A stretch of DNA of 64,000 bases from Octopus vulgaris (GCA_951406725.2 OX597835.1:17236001-17300000), one strand, 5' to 3'. Shown: positions 39,476 to 54,960, counted from the first letter of the stretch. Program-made: numbers and translations. The notes: a model not told the origin generated them from the letters alone.

Positions 39476-40177
39476 CATTGTTATTATCAAATTGAGACTC
39501 ATCCAATATGGCGAAATTTTCTATGGCAGACATTTTGTTTAAAGTCTAGAATACAAATTTGGTTTGGAAAACATCGACAAACATTCTTGTTTTGAATATG
39601 AAAAGCTCAATAGCCGCATCTATTACTTCAGTGCACAATGAAGCGTTGTCTTTGCCGTTGTTATTAAAGACAGAAACGTAGATTTTTAGAAAGAATTTGC
39701 GGTGTTCTTCTACTAGAAACTTTGGTCCATTGTCTGCCGCAAACACAGGATGGCGAACAAAAGTAATAAGCAGCCATTGTTTTCGGTATGTAAATTTGTT
39801 CCCTGGCAAAGAATTGCTAGAATTACTATGGTCTTGTCTCATACTCTTCCACGTCTATGCAAACAGCGCTGCCTGTACATACATACATACATACATACAT
39901 ACATACATACATACATGCATACATATACACGCATGCATACATACATGCATGCATACATACATACATACATACATACATACATACATACATACATACATAC
40001 ATACATACATACATACGTATATACATACGTACATACATACATACGTACATACATACGTACATACACACATACATGTATACATATACACGGATGCATACAT
40101 ACATGCATGCATATATACATACATACGTACATACATACATACACACATATATATAATTTGTTTGTAAACACACCAAT

Positions 40178-40518
40178 GTGAAGGTGTATGGCTTAGTGGT
40201 TAGTGCGTCGAGCATACGATCGTGACGTTGTGAGCTCGAATCCCAGACCGAGCTGCGTGTTGTGTTCTTGAGCAAGACACTTTATTTCACGTTGCTTCAC
40301 TTAACTCAGCTGTAGAAATGAGTTGCTACGTCACAGGTGCCAAGCTGTATCGGCCCCTTTGCCTTTCCCTTGGATTACATCAGTGGCGTGGAGAGGGGAG
40401 GCCGGTATGCATGGGAGACTACTGGTCTTCCATAACAACCTTGCCCAGACTTGTGCCTGGGAGGGCAACTTTCTAGGTGCAATCCCATGGTCAGTGTCGT
40501 GACCGAAGGGAGACCGAG
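40178..40518 (+). mobile_element. SINE family E (head 1 + tail Y)
   Basis: A-box tggcttagtgg, CORE-like ttgtgttcttgagcaagacactttatttcacgttgc, distinct tail; TSD AAACACACCAAT at 40166-40177 and 40519-40530. Confidence 0.9.
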
Positions 40519-40665
40519 AAACACACCAATATCAATACAACTTAATCTCTATAGCTCAGGTCGTTCTGACTACTCTGTCTTTGTATAATGCATACATACA
40601 TAGATGCACACGGATACACACATGTGTGGAAACACATACATACATACATATACATACATATACAT

Positions 40666-40740
<75 letters not shown>

Positions 40741-41348
40741 CAACTAATAAGGCTGAGAAAATTGGATACTAATTTAATAGTACCATCAATTTAACACCGA
40801 GTGGCTTAGTGCATAAAAACCAGGAATACAATGGCTAGCTTCGTGGCTGAAACCGTAGCGGATCTATTTTTAGTGCTAGAGTCGACCACATAGTGGTCAC
40901 TCTCTTATATTTACGCATATATATATATATATATATATATACCATATATATATATATATTTTTTTTTTTTTTGCTCGTGTAAACGTTTGGTGCCCCTATT
41001 TGAACTCGCGAACCCATCTACATGTATCAAAGATACATCGTATATATTTAAATGGATGCGGTAACAGATCATTAGCCTACAGAACCAGGATTGACCTGGG
41101 GGTGAAACCACAATAACAACAACAACAAAACAACGACGACAACAACGATAGCTATAACAACAATTGAAGTCAGCATTTGATCGTAGACCCGTTCGATCTA
41201 ATATTGGTCTGGGCGAAAGAAAATCAGCAAATAAACCTTGGTATTGGATTTAATCGATATTATTGTAGTTCGAGGCAATAGTCCCCGTTTTGATTTAGAA
41301 GAGTGCAGAAGGGAAAACAGTTATAAGCTATCTGTTATCTCAAACATA

Positions 41349-41715
41349 GTGGAGGCACAATGGCCCAGTGGTCGAAGGATCGCGGTTTCGATTCCCAGAC
41401 CGGGCGTTGTGAGTGTTTATTGAGCGAAAACACCTAAAGCTCCACGAGGCTCCGGCAGGGGATGGTGGTGATCCCTGCTGTACTCTTTCACCACAACTCT
41501 CTCTCATTCTTACTTCCTGTTTCTGTTGTACCTGTATTTCAAAGGGCCGGCCTTGTCACTCTCTGTGTCACGCTGAATATCCCCGAGAACTACGTTAAGG
41601 GTACACGTGTCTGTGGAGTGCTCAGCCACTTACACGTTAATTTCACGAGCAGGCTGTTCCGTTGATCGGATCAACCGGAACCCTCGTCGTCGTAACCGAC
41701 GGAGTGCTTCCATCC
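41349..41715 (+). mobile_element. SINE family C (head 2 + tail X)
   Basis: A-box tggcccagtgg, B-box gtttcgattcc; TSD ATCTCAAACATA at 41337-41348 and 41716-41727. Confidence 0.92.
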
Positions 41716-41939
41716 ATCTCAAACATAAAGTCTTCAGGAATGTCCCTCTACTGATAATGTTCTTGTTGTTATTATTGTTGTTCATTTGATCAAGTCATTT
41801 TCTAAAGCCTTTCACACTTATAAAAACCACATATTTAACCTTCAGATATGCAGTTACCTCCCCTGTTGGTCCTGCCAAAATTTCCGTCACAAAGCTTCTG
41901 CGAATTATGCGACATTAAGGTTCATTCATACAAAATGTA

Positions 41940-42432
41940 TCTTTATATATAAAAGTAAGGTTGTGTGTCTGTCTCCTACGATTCCTAACTACTCCCACAT
42001 TTTGCGGTGCAGTTTAACCAAAACCGAGTATCTTATAGTCGTGATTCATATCGATCCCTTCTGGGTATTAGCGCGCATCTACGATGAGTCTACGATTTAA
42101 AAAAAAATTACCATCATTTTTTCCATTTTAATGCATTTTTTCGCTATTAAATAAGGGAAGTAACTCTCTAAAAATGTCTACGATGAGTCGACGATTTAAA
42201 AAAAAATTACCATATTTTTTTTTTCCATTTTAATGCATTTTTTTCGCTATTAAATAAGGGAAGTAACTCTCTAAAAATGTCTACGATGAGTCAACAATTT
42301 AAAAAAATATTTACCATCATTTTTTTTCCATTTTTAATGCATTTTCTTGCTATTTTTTGGCTATAACTCTCTAAAAATGCTTATATAGTTATTTCCCTTA
42401 CAAACCCGAGCAACGCCGGGCGATACAGCTAG
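41940..42432 (+). mobile_element. Non-autonomous Helitron (family H1) with about three internal ~100-bp tandem units
   Basis: A|TC 5' end, 3' hairpin cccgagcaacgccggg (42405-42420), CTAG|T 3' end, no TSD. Confidence 0.88.
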
Positions 42433-42664
42433 TTTTATATAAATAAAAATTGATGCAATTGGGAATGTCGTCTCAAATTTGGAATTTGGAACATTCTAGA
42501 TTCAAAATTTCCAAATTCATAAACAGCAATCTCGGTTCTTTAAACTCTTTGTTCTTTGAATAATTCCACTACAATCCAAGGCTGCAAGACATTTTGTTGT
42601 GTTGATTTCGTAAACAAGAATATCAGTTCCCAAACATTGTTATTCTTGTTGCTGCTTCTGTTAC

Positions 42665-42698
<34 letters not shown>

Positions 42699-42911
42699 CT
42701 TTACTTGAATAATTCTACAAACCACAATGCCAGATTCTTCAACTCCATGCAGTTGTTTGCATGATTCTAGAAACAATACTCCCTCGTTCTTTTGTTGACG
42801 ATTACACAAACAATGAACCCAGGTCTCTATAAAAATCTTGTCACATGAATGTCTTCTCATAGAACAATCCCAAATTACAAAGATATTTGCTGTTTGAATG
42901 ATTTCAGAAAT

Positions 42912-43303
42912 AGCGCAGGAGTGGCTGTGTGGTAAGTAGCTTGCTAACCAACCACATGGTTCTGGGTTCAGTCCCACTGCGTGGCATCTTGGGCAAGTGT
43001 CTTCTGCTATAGCCCCGGGCCGACCAATGCCTTGTGAGTGGATTTGGCAGACGGAAACTGAAAGAAGCCTGTCGTATATATGTATATGTATGTATATGTT
43101 TGTCCCCCTAGCATTGCTTAACAACCGATGCTGGTGTGTTTACGTCCCCGTCACTTAGCGGTTCGGCAAAAGAGACCGATAGAATAAGTACTGGGCTTAC
43201 AAAGAATAAGTCCCGGGGTCGAGTTGCTCGACTAAAGGCGGTGCTCCAGAAATGGCCGCAGTCAAATGACTGAAACAAGTAAAAGAGTAAAATAGTAAAA
43301 GAG
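42912..43303 (+). mobile_element. SINE family B, full length
   Basis: A-box tggctgtgtgg, B-box gggttcagtcc, CORE-like cttgggcaagtgtctt, internal microsatellite, (AGTAAAAG)-type tail. Confidence 0.92.
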
Positions 43304-43379
43304 AGATCTCATACTGACGTGAAGTAAAAATAAGATTTCAGTGTTTTTGTAAAAATAAGATTTCAGTGTGATTTGAGTG

Positions 43380-43822
43380 GGAATTGTTTGTACTATTATT
43401 GAAGAGATCGCACCGGATCCAATATTGTACTGTTGTAGAGTGAAGATATTAATGTGTATTGTGTGTACCGCAGATTTGCTGGTCCATATGACCGTTCGGG
43501 GTCAACATAAGATTTTATCTCAGTGCATAGCTGTGATCAAAGTAATCCAATTTGTGACCACCTCGTCTATTTTTATATTTAATGTATGCAGGCAGAGAAC
43601 ATAAGGTCATAATGAGACGAAGATAGACAGAGACGAACATTAGTTCTCGATTGGCTAGCTAATGAGGTAGAGTTATTTTGTATAGAATTGGAATTATTAC
43701 TATTATTGAAGAGATCGCACCGGATCCAATATTGTACTGTTGTAGAGTGAAGATATTGTGTATTGTGTGTACCGTAGATTTGTGGTCTATATGACCGTTC
43801 GGGGTCAACATAAGATTTTATC
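43380..43822. repeat. ~135-140-bp direct repeat pair of unknown origin
   Basis: tactattattgaagagatcgcaccggatcc...ggggtcaacataagattttatc at 43380-43519 and 43690-43822. Confidence 0.85.
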
Positions 43823-44050
43823 GTTAAAATTTATGTGAAATAAATTGGTTACAAATTTAAAACACACAAAATATTTTTACAATTTAGAATGACCAGCAAC
43901 GGTTATAGAATCATGAATGCTGTTAGCTGTTGGCTTTTGAAAATGTTGTGCATCATGTATTCACAGTTTTTTGCAATCATGAAACGTAGCCATTGATAAA
44001 TTAGAAAATTTGTTGGAAACAGCTGTAGTGAATTGACACATTATCCTCAT

Positions 44051-44452
44051 TACTCTTTACTATTTTACTTGTTCTTGTTTCAGTCATTTGACTGCGGCCA
44101 TGCTGGAGCACCGCCTTCAGTCGAGCAAATCGACCCCAGGACTTATTCTTTGTAAGCCTAATTCTTATTCTATAGGTCTTATTTTTCCGAACTGCTAAGT
44201 TACGGGGACATAAGCACACCAACATAGGTTGTCAAGCGATGATAGGGGGGGGACAAACACTCACACACACACACATATATATATATACATATATACGACA
44301 GGCTTCTTTCAGTTTCCGTCTATCAAATCCACTCACAAGGCTCTGGTCGGCCCGAGGCTATGCTAGAAGACACTTGCCAAAGGTGCCACGCAGTGGGACT
44401 GAACCCGGTACCATGTGGTTGGGAAGCAAGCTACTTACCACACATCCATCTG
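44051..44452 (-). mobile_element. SINE family B, near full length
   Basis: Reverse complement of 42912-43303. Confidence 0.9.
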
Positions 44453-44965
44453 TTATTTATTCATTTGTTCACCTCTCTCGGAACATGCTCCTTGCATAGA
44501 ACCGAAGTATACCAAAGACCGTACATTTAGTACAATGTGCGTTTCTTTATTATCCCCAGGACTACGGATATACTCAGTCGAGTACAGTCGGGTATCTTTC
44601 TGCCTGTACTTCGGTATGTATTCCTCTATTTTTGTCGTGTACACATTCTACTTCTCGTACCGATCCAGTGCCATGCTATTTAATGGCTTGGTTCACTTAG
44701 GAATCCAGTTGTATGTATGTACGTATGTGTGTGTGTATGCATGTGTGTGTGTATATAGATATGTATGTACGTATGTATGTATGTATGGATGTTTGTATGA
44801 ATGAATGTATGCATGTATATGTGAGTGTGTGTGTTGTATGTATATATGAAGCCAATATGCTCTAACAAAAACAACTCCTGATAGGATTTTATGACTCATA
44901 CTGCCATACGCACAAGTAGTCATACACACGAATATACACACACACACACACACTGACATACACAC

Positions 44966-45000
<35 letters not shown>

Positions 45001-45001
45001 T

Positions 45002-45240
45002 ACGAAATACCTATTTCTTTATTACCCACAAGGTGCTAAACACAGAGAGACATAGGTATTAAGGAGAGACATAGGTATTAAGTCGATTACATCGACCCCA
45101 GTGCGTAACTGGTACTTAATTTATCGACCCTGAAAGGATGAAAGGCAAAGTCGACCTCGGCGGAATTTGGACTCAGAACGTAACGACAGACGAAATACCG
45201 CTAAGCATTTCGCCCGGCGTGCTAACGTTTCTGCCAGCTA
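45002..45240 (-). mobile_element. SINE family A1
   Basis: Reverse complement of the A1 body; a second head remnant lies at 45378-45410. Confidence 0.88.
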
Positions 45241-45285
45241 CCGCGGTAGTTCTGGCGAAACACACAGACACAAAGCACATATTAC

Positions 45286-45354
<69 letters not shown>

Positions 45355-45704
45355 CGTGTGTGTATACATATACTCTGTGCTTAACGATTCTGTCTGCTCG
45401 CCGCCTTCTTTGAACTATTAATATTAAAAATCCAAAGTAAAACCGGGTTAGCGCAGCTAGTTTCTGTATATAGACATTGAAATTGGTTTATATACCCCAG
45501 GTTATATAAACAATGTTCATCTATGATTGACGTTGTGTAAACTAAATAAAACACACATATATATACAGGTGGGTATAAAGATGAAGAGAAAATATTTTAT
45601 GCTTTCGAACACAACAAAGAGAACGAAATGACGCAAAAGCCGCATCTATACTCTTTGGTATAGATGCGTTCATACACACTTAATTATCTTTTATTGTGTT
45701 CTTG

Positions 45705-46115
45705 CTTTAATTTGTTTAAATCGGCGGATTGCGGACATGCTGGAGCATCACATCGAAGGCTTACTAGTCGAATGAATTGACCGCACTACTTATTTTTTGT
45801 TACGCCTTGTGCTTATTGTGCCGACATCTTTCGCCGAGCATGTAGCTTAGTGGGATGTAAACAAACCCACACAGGTTGTCAAGCGGTAGTTCTTCGAGAA
45901 ACACAGATACAAAGCCCCCATTCCTTGTGTGCGTGTGTGTGTGTGTGTGTATACATATATATATGCACATCCATCCATCCATCCATCCATCCATTCATCC
46001 ATCCATCCATCCATACATACATACATGCATACATACATACATGCATGCATACATACATACATACATACATACATACATACATACATACATACATACATTA
46101 CATACATTACATACA

Positions 46116-46150
<35 letters not shown>

Positions 46151-46660
46151 CATACATACATACATACATACATACATACATACATACATACATACATTAC
46201 ATACATACATACATATATACATACGTACATACATACATACATACATACATACATACATACGTACATACATACATACATACATACATACATACATACATAC
46301 GTACATACGTACATACATACATACGTACATACATACATACATACGTACATACGTACGTACGTACGACATACATACATACATACATACATACATACATACA
46401 TACATACATACATACATACATACATACATACATACATACATACATACATACATGTCAAGCGGTAGTTCTGGAGAAACACAGACACAAAGCCCCCATTCCT
46501 TGTGTGCGTGTGTGTGTGTATATTTATATATATATGCACATCCATCCATCCATCCATCCATCCATCCATCCATCCATGCAAGCATGCATGCATGCATACA
46601 TACATACATACATACATACATACATACATACATACATACATACATACATACATACACACA

Positions 46661-46694
<34 letters not shown>

Positions 46695-46930
46695 CATACA
46701 TACATACACACATACACACATACATACATACATACACACATACACACATACATATATACATATATACATACATACATACATACATACATACATACATACG
46801 GGCGTCTTTGCGTTTGCCTGTCTACCAACTCCACTCTTCAGTAGAAGAACTTTAGCCAAGGTGCCACACAGTAGGATTGAATCCGGAACCTTGTGGTTTG
46901 AAAGCAAGCTTCTTACCACAGAGCCACATA
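45705..46930 (-). mobile_element. Old family-B SINE expanded by an internal duplication and (CATA)n/(CATC)n tracts
   Basis: Tail at 45705-45890, head at 46800-46930; tgtcaagcggtagttct...aaagcccccattcc duplicated near 45877 and 46453. Confidence 0.65.
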
Positions 46931-47094
46931 CACACTTAGCTATATAAGCATTATATTCATACAAACATATCGTTTGGTATATTTTCAAATCTTTGAGTTG
47001 GTCATTGGGACATTATAATATTTTATGCTTCGTGGGCTATCGAAATACACTGTTACACACACACACAGGTTCTGTGATGAGGAACGCTACATAA

Positions 47095-47495
47095 TCTTTA
47101 TACATAAAAGTAAGGTTGTGTGTCTGTCTCCTACGATTTAGATTCCTAACTACTCCCACATTTTGCGGTGCAGTTTAACCAAAACCGGGTATCTTATAGT
47201 CGTGATTCATATCGAGCCCTTCTGGGTATTAGCACGCGTCTACGATGAGTCTACGATTTAAAAAAAAAATTACCATCATTTTTTTTTTACATTTTAATGC
47301 ATTTTCTTCGCTATTATATAAGGGAAGTAACTCTCTAAAAATGTCTACGATGAGTCAACGATTTAAAAAAAATTACCATAATTTTTTATTCCATTTTTAA
47401 TGCATTTTTTGGCTATTTTTTTGCTATAACTCACTAAAAATGCTTATATAGTTATTTCCCTTACAAACCCGAGCAACGCCGGGCGATACTGCTAG
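47095..47495 (+). mobile_element. Non-autonomous Helitron (family H1)
   Basis: A|TC...hairpin...CTAG|T; one internal unit fewer than 41940-42432. Confidence 0.88.
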
Positions 47496-47887
47496 TACAA
47501 TATCTTGATTATCATTTTGTATTGCAACAGAGTAACAAGACATCCACGAACTGAATCGACTCACATTACATAAAATACAAGGACAAAAACAAAAAGAAAA
47601 GGTGCGCTCGAAAGAATAAGATATTGCTTCATTCACCCATATGCATTAGAAAAAAAAATGTTGTGAGTGAATTCGAGATTGCGCTCTCTGAGAGGCTGCA
47701 GTCGACTGGTAAATCGAAACTTCGAGGTCACTGTCAACATTTCCCTTGTAAAAAATCAACAAACAGATATTCTATCACAAAGTACTGAGTGATTCTCTTG
47801 ATGAATGTTGAAGTTGGCTTTATATACAACTTTTCCTGAAAACAACTGTATATATATACACACACATATATATATAAATATACATGT

Positions 47888-47934
<47 letters not shown>

Positions 47935-48099
47935 TACATGTATACATACATACATACATATATATACATGTATACATACATACATATATATAAATATACA
48001 TGCATACATATAAATATACATGTATACATACATATAAATATACATGTATACATACATATAAATATACATGTATACATACATATAAATATACGTGTATAC

Positions 48100-48143
<44 letters not shown>

Positions 48144-48301
48144 AAATATACATGTATATTTATATATGCATATATGACACATACATATACATGTACAATA
48201 TATATACATACATGTATGCCTGTGTATACTTATGTATAAAGTTCTCTCTCTTACTCTCTCTCATACATGTATATATATCTATATATATATACACATATAT
48301 T

Positions 48302-48385
<84 letters not shown>

Positions 48386-48944
48386 GTGTACATGTATATA
48401 TTTTATACAGACACGTATGTATATGTGTGCATATGCCTGTGCATATGTTTATGAATATAAGTGCAGTTATACATATATTTATATGGACTTACCTCCGTTA
48501 GTAGCAATGTGTTTGATATTATTTGATGTCGAATTTCTTTGATACGTATGTAAATAAAACCAAGGAAAAAACTTCAGGAAAACAAGTATATATACACATG
48601 CGTATATATATGTATGTATATGTGTATTTAAATATGTATGTGTGTACTTATATATATATATATGTGTGTGTTTTTGTGTGTGTAGTGAAATATCTATAGA
48701 TAGATATAAATAGTTGTGTTAATATTCAAGTTGAGCGAAGGCTAGGTCACACACAAGCAGGATGTACTTCCAAACATAAAGCTGAAAGCACCGCTAGGTG
48801 AGCAGATATAATTTTTAGTAACAAATTTTAACAGTCCGCTCGGCTAATCCGCTGGAATAAACGTCACAGATCGCGTGTCAAAGTGTGGATTAGCTGATAA
48901 ATTAATTGCTACTGTTTAGCTTAACACACACACACACACACACA

Positions 48945-49021
<77 letters not shown>

Positions 49022-49183
49022 GCGAGCAAGTATTTTATACCGCGGCGCAAAGGCGTTTTTTTTTTAAATAGAGGATTTAAGGGCAAAATACTTATAAAAA
49101 CCTTAAGGGCTTGTGTAACATTATACTTTCAGCCCTTAGTTTGTTATGTAAGCAGATATGAATCTGTATTATGATATAAATAT

Positions 49184-49485
49184 GCGAAGACGCAGGTTGT
49201 TGGTTAGGTTACTGCTCTTATGATCGGGAGATCTCGGTTTCGACTCCCATACGGGGCAGCATGTTGTGTTCTTGAGCGAAACACCCATTTCACGTTGCTC
49301 TGAGATTATTCTGACACCTGACGTGTGACACACTTGTACACATGTAATGGGGCAATGTTAATTTGATGAAGGAAGTGAGCTAATGTACTGTATAAACATT
49401 TGATCACTATACATAAACCACCTGGGAGATGGTTGAACCAGAATTCACGAAGCTCTCAACCATCGTTTAACGACGATAGAGTCCA
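49184..49485 (+). mobile_element. SINE family F (head 1 + tail Z), degenerate
   Basis: ggtttcgactccc...ttgtgttcttgagcgaaacacccatttcacgttgctctgagattatt; tail shared with 16082-16343. Confidence 0.75.
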
Positions 49486-50008
49486 TAATGTCTGTTCATT
49501 CAGACGCCTTGGTTACTAATGAATAATGTTTAATACGGTTTGGTTTGTGGATGTGATGAAAGCGAAAAAAAAATAACATGAACTAATCTATATTACACTA
49601 AAACAAGGAGTCAGGTGATACGATTGATGACAACATATGATTAGTACTTTATTTTATCGATCTAAAAAAAAAAAGAAAAAACATAATCAAACATGAATGG
49701 TAAAATCGATTCCGTTGGGATTTGAACGTGCAAAGCTGGAATCGATTATTGCAAGGCCGTTTCATTTCGATGCTCTAACGAATGATTCAATCGACCACAG
49801 TAACATGACATACATGCAGAAGATATCAATAAAATATGCCATGTACTGACGTCGTTGGTAACTGTTAGCCCCTCCCCTCAAAATGTTAGCGTCGTGCCTA
49901 AATGTGTATGTGCGTGTATGTGTATGCGCATGTTTACTTACGTATGTGTGTGTATGTATATATATATATATATATATATATACAACATGCACGCACATGT
50001 GTGTATAT

Positions 50009-50061
<53 letters not shown>

Positions 50062-50974
50062 CACGAGTAAATTTATGTAGACATCAACACATATATGAAG
50101 CTTTATTCTCAAATATTAATGTTTATCCATGAGAAAAGAGAATCAGGAAAAGAACAACGACAAGAACAATAACAAGAAGAACAATGATAAGTGAATATAA
50201 GTAAAAAACAGACAAAAAATTTGGAAGTAAAACAAAATGGCGAACATATAAAAATGTGCACTTTAAACGGTGATGATGGATCGCAGAAGAAGAGAACTGA
50301 GCGGAAATTTAAATGATATAAAAAGAAAATCATAAAAATTACGCCTTTTCCCGAAACAGATAGTACGAAAACAACAAATACAAGAGCAACTGCCAAAATG
50401 GCGACTACAATAATATTTGTGTGATTAAAGCGAAAATTGATCGTTAAGTTGTTTACAGGTTCTTAATTATTTAAGTGTGTTGATTCTCTAATGAGAGTGG
50501 AATGGAAATATTTTTAGCTTAGGTACATCAGCAGAATTTATAAATTCTTGGAACAAGCAGAAGAAAAAGAAGGAAAATAAAACTAAAAAATAAGAATACG
50601 AATAAAAATGAATACCTCTATCTATCTGTCTGACTGTCTGTTTGTCTGTATGTATGCATGTATACATATATATGCGTTTGTGTGTCAATGTGTGTGTGCA
50701 TTTACATATTTTCTAAGAAGCTTTGTGATAGACAACGGCAGAGATCATTGCCCAGACAAGCATCAATTAGCCAAATCCAGCATCATAAGATAGAGTACAA
50801 TAAACCAGGCAAGCAAATGAAAATAAAACTTAATAAGATAGATGGGCAGGTAGCTTCTTTTTTCATTTCTCTTTTCTTTTGTTCTTTTTCCTTTTCTTTT
50901 TCTTTTTTTTATTCTATTTTTTATTTTATTTTATTTTTTTATTTTTTTATTTTTTTTTTGATTTTTGTTCTTTT

Positions 50975-51120
50975 CCTCCCTTTTACGATCCCTCTTGATC
51001 GAAAACCTACGCCACCCCCTTTTTTTCTTTTGTTTTTTGTTTTTTTCATCCCCCAAAAGAAAAGCTCTACCTTGTAACTCGTCCCATCTGTGTGCAGCCC
51101 TGTGTGGCCAATAAAGAAAC
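50975..51120 (+). mobile_element. Putative LINE 3' terminus followed by (TCTA)n
   Basis: Homologous to 6620-6728; ends gtcccatctgtgtgcagccctgtgtggccaataaagaaa. Confidence 0.6.
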
Positions 51121-51134
51121 TTATCTATCTATCA

Positions 51135-51303
<169 letters not shown>

Positions 51304-51736
51304 CTAAATGGCTACATTAGGGCTGCCACATTAGAAGAAAGATGGAAAATTAATCGAGCTCAATCCATTTGTATACGGATTATATTGTTTAAAATTATAT
51401 TTCAAGAATGGCGATCTCCATTGTTGCTCTCCGTCTGTAATGTCACGAATGCAAACATACAAGTGTGTTCACGACAACCAGTTGGAAAGTGCACACTTCC
51501 AGGTTTCGTCTGTCACCAATGCTTTAAACCATGCATTTCTAAAACGGTCATGGACGGAAAGTTAGAAATGTCATTGACAAAGGTGAAACATAAGAAAACG
51601 TCAATCATTGATGAAGATGGAGTACCACCATATATACACACGTTCGTCCACTTTTTATTTTCACTAGCAACAACTATATACACTCTGTATTCCAATTCGT
51701 GATTCCAGTGTCAATAACACAAATTAAACCTTTTAT

Positions 51737-51895
51737 AGGCGCAGGTGTGCTCTTTTGTTAAGAAGCTTGTTTTCCAATCATGTGGATCTGAGTTCAGTCC
51801 CAGGTAGGGTAGGTAGTGTCTTGTACTACAACAGCAGCCCCTTGCGAGTGCTTTGCGAGAGATTTGATACTAAAAAAAGCCTGTTCTATGTCTAT
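51737..51895 (+). mobile_element. Old family-B SINE 5' part
   Basis: ggcgcaggtgtg...aagaagcttg...gagttcagtccc. Confidence 0.6.
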
Positions 51896-52142
51896 ATAGG
51901 TGTATATATGATTCACTAAATCATCCATAGATTTCTATGGTGTAGATGAATATACTGGCGGCGATCTTGTTCGGAATTAGTGCGAGTTGTGCCGACTCTA
52001 GCGTAGAAGCTCCAGTGTTAAAGCCGAAACTGTCCGACAGTATAGGGATATCTCGACTACTGCTTTCGACAGTTTACGGTCACTGTATGTATACAATTTA
52101 TTATGTACGTTGACTGCAGCATCAGAGTACTTTATATTTATA

Positions 52143-52539
52143 CTAGCAGTATCGCCCTGCGTTGCTCGGGTTTGTAAGGGAAATAACTATAAAGCATTTT
52201 TAGAGAGTTATAGCCAAAAAATAGCAAAAAATGCATTAAAAATGGAAAAAAAATGATGGTAAATTTTTTTTTAAATCGTTGACTCATCGTAGATATTTTT
52301 CGAGAGTTACTTCCCTCATATTAAAAAAAATGCTTTAAAATGGAAAAAAATGTTTAAAATGGTAAATTATTTTTAAAATCGTAGACTCATCGTAGACGCG
52401 CGCAATACCCAGAAGGGCTCGATATGACTCACGACTATACGATACCCGGTTTTGGTTAAACTGCACCGCAAAATGTGGGAGTAGTTAGGAATAAAAATCG
52501 TAGGAGACAGACACACAACCTTACTTTTATATATACAGA
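52143..52539 (-). mobile_element. Non-autonomous Helitron (family H1)
   Basis: Reverse complement of 47095-47495, with A|TC and CTAG|T ends on the minus strand. Confidence 0.88.
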
Positions 52540-52854
52540 TATATATATATATATACGAGTGAGTAGATAAACAACAAAATAAATGGCACTTAACACATTT
52601 ATTTATTGGGAGTTTACATGTCTGGGTTTTGAACCAGTCCATTTCTGTTCAACCATGCGGCTATTTTTCTCAAAGAACTGCTGTCGCTTCACTATCAACA
52701 CTAATATTGTGGCATCACGTGACCTTCCTTAATCAGCCGGCAGCCATCTTGGACTTCTGTACCACCATATTTATTCGAATTTCCGTGGTCCCGAGGAAAA
52801 GGCCCATTAGGGGAATCGGGAACTTTACGTAGTGCGGAATCCAAAACTGTTTTG

Positions 52855-53789
<935 letters not shown>

Positions 53790-54179
53790 CGTGCGTGTGT
53801 GTGTTTGTATGTGTGAGTGTGTGAGTGTGCGCGCTTGCGTGTGTGCGTGTGTGTGTGTGTGTTTGTGTGCGTGTGAGTGTGTGTACACCGTGGTGTTTAA
53901 AGTTTGCTTATTAAACAGATATATTTGTAGGTATGGGATAATTAATCCAGAGATTAACCTGGTGCAATCCGTGTGGACACGGACATTAAACACCATCATC
54001 ATGACCAACATCACCATCATCAACATCATCATGGCCAACAACACTACCAGCATCACCACCATCATCACCAAAGTCAACGCCACCACCACCACCACCACTA
54101 GCAGCAGCTCCATCACTTTCTGCGCCCTCGTTTCTTAACCTATACCACTACGTTACCACCACAACCACACGTAACTGTT

Positions 54180-54189
54180 GCTGCTGCCG

Positions 54190-54226
<37 letters not shown>

Positions 54227-54282
54227 GACGACGACGACGACGACGGCCACTACTACTACTACTACTACTACTGCTGCTGCTG

Positions 54283-54313
<31 letters not shown>

Positions 54314-54378
54314 CACCACCACCACCACTACTACTACTGCTGCTGCTGCTGCTACTACCACCGCCACCACCACCACTA

Positions 54379-54410
<32 letters not shown>

Positions 54411-54422
54411 ACTACCACCGCC

Positions 54423-54457
<35 letters not shown>

Positions 54458-54960
54458 AAGAAAGAAAACAATCTCCGTCATACTACCACTTCCAGTACCA
54501 CCGTTTTCACCACCACAAATTTCACCTGTACCACTCCTACAACTATCACCACTACTACTATTATGACTACTACTTCTACAACACCACCACCCCATTGCCG
54601 CCGCCGCCGCCGTCACGACTACCACTAAAATCACTACAGTACCTTTACCACCACCGCCGCCACTACTATTAATACCAGTCACCGCTGCCCATATCGACAC
54701 CACCACCACCACCACCACGACCACCACCACCACCACCACTGCCGCCACTACTATTATTACCGGTCACCGCTGCCTATATCACCACCACCACCACCACCAC
54801 CATCATCACCACCACCACCATAACCACAACCACCACAACAACAACCACCACCACCACCACCACCACCACCACCACCGCCGCCACCGCCGCCGCCACCGCC
54901 GCCGCCACCGCCGCCGCCACCACCACCACCACCCTCCGCCACCGCCGCTGCCACCGCCGT
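54180..54960. repeat. (CTA/CCA/CCG/CTG)n compound trinucleotide tract
   Basis: Direct inspection. Confidence 0.95.

Noticed and set aside
38479-41665. Duplicated 67-aa ORF MVVIPAVLFHHN... (38479-38682 and 41462-41665) and the recurring RPRKDERQSRPRRNLNSER ORFs
   Set aside because: Incidental frames within SINE families C and A.
39500-42900. Sox-like ACAAT/ATTGT clusters near 39630-39780 and 42600-42880
   Set aside because: Short AT-rich words expected often at this base composition.
51385-51702. 105-aa Cys-containing ORF
   Set aside because: Non-ATG start, no recognisable motif, length compatible with chance.
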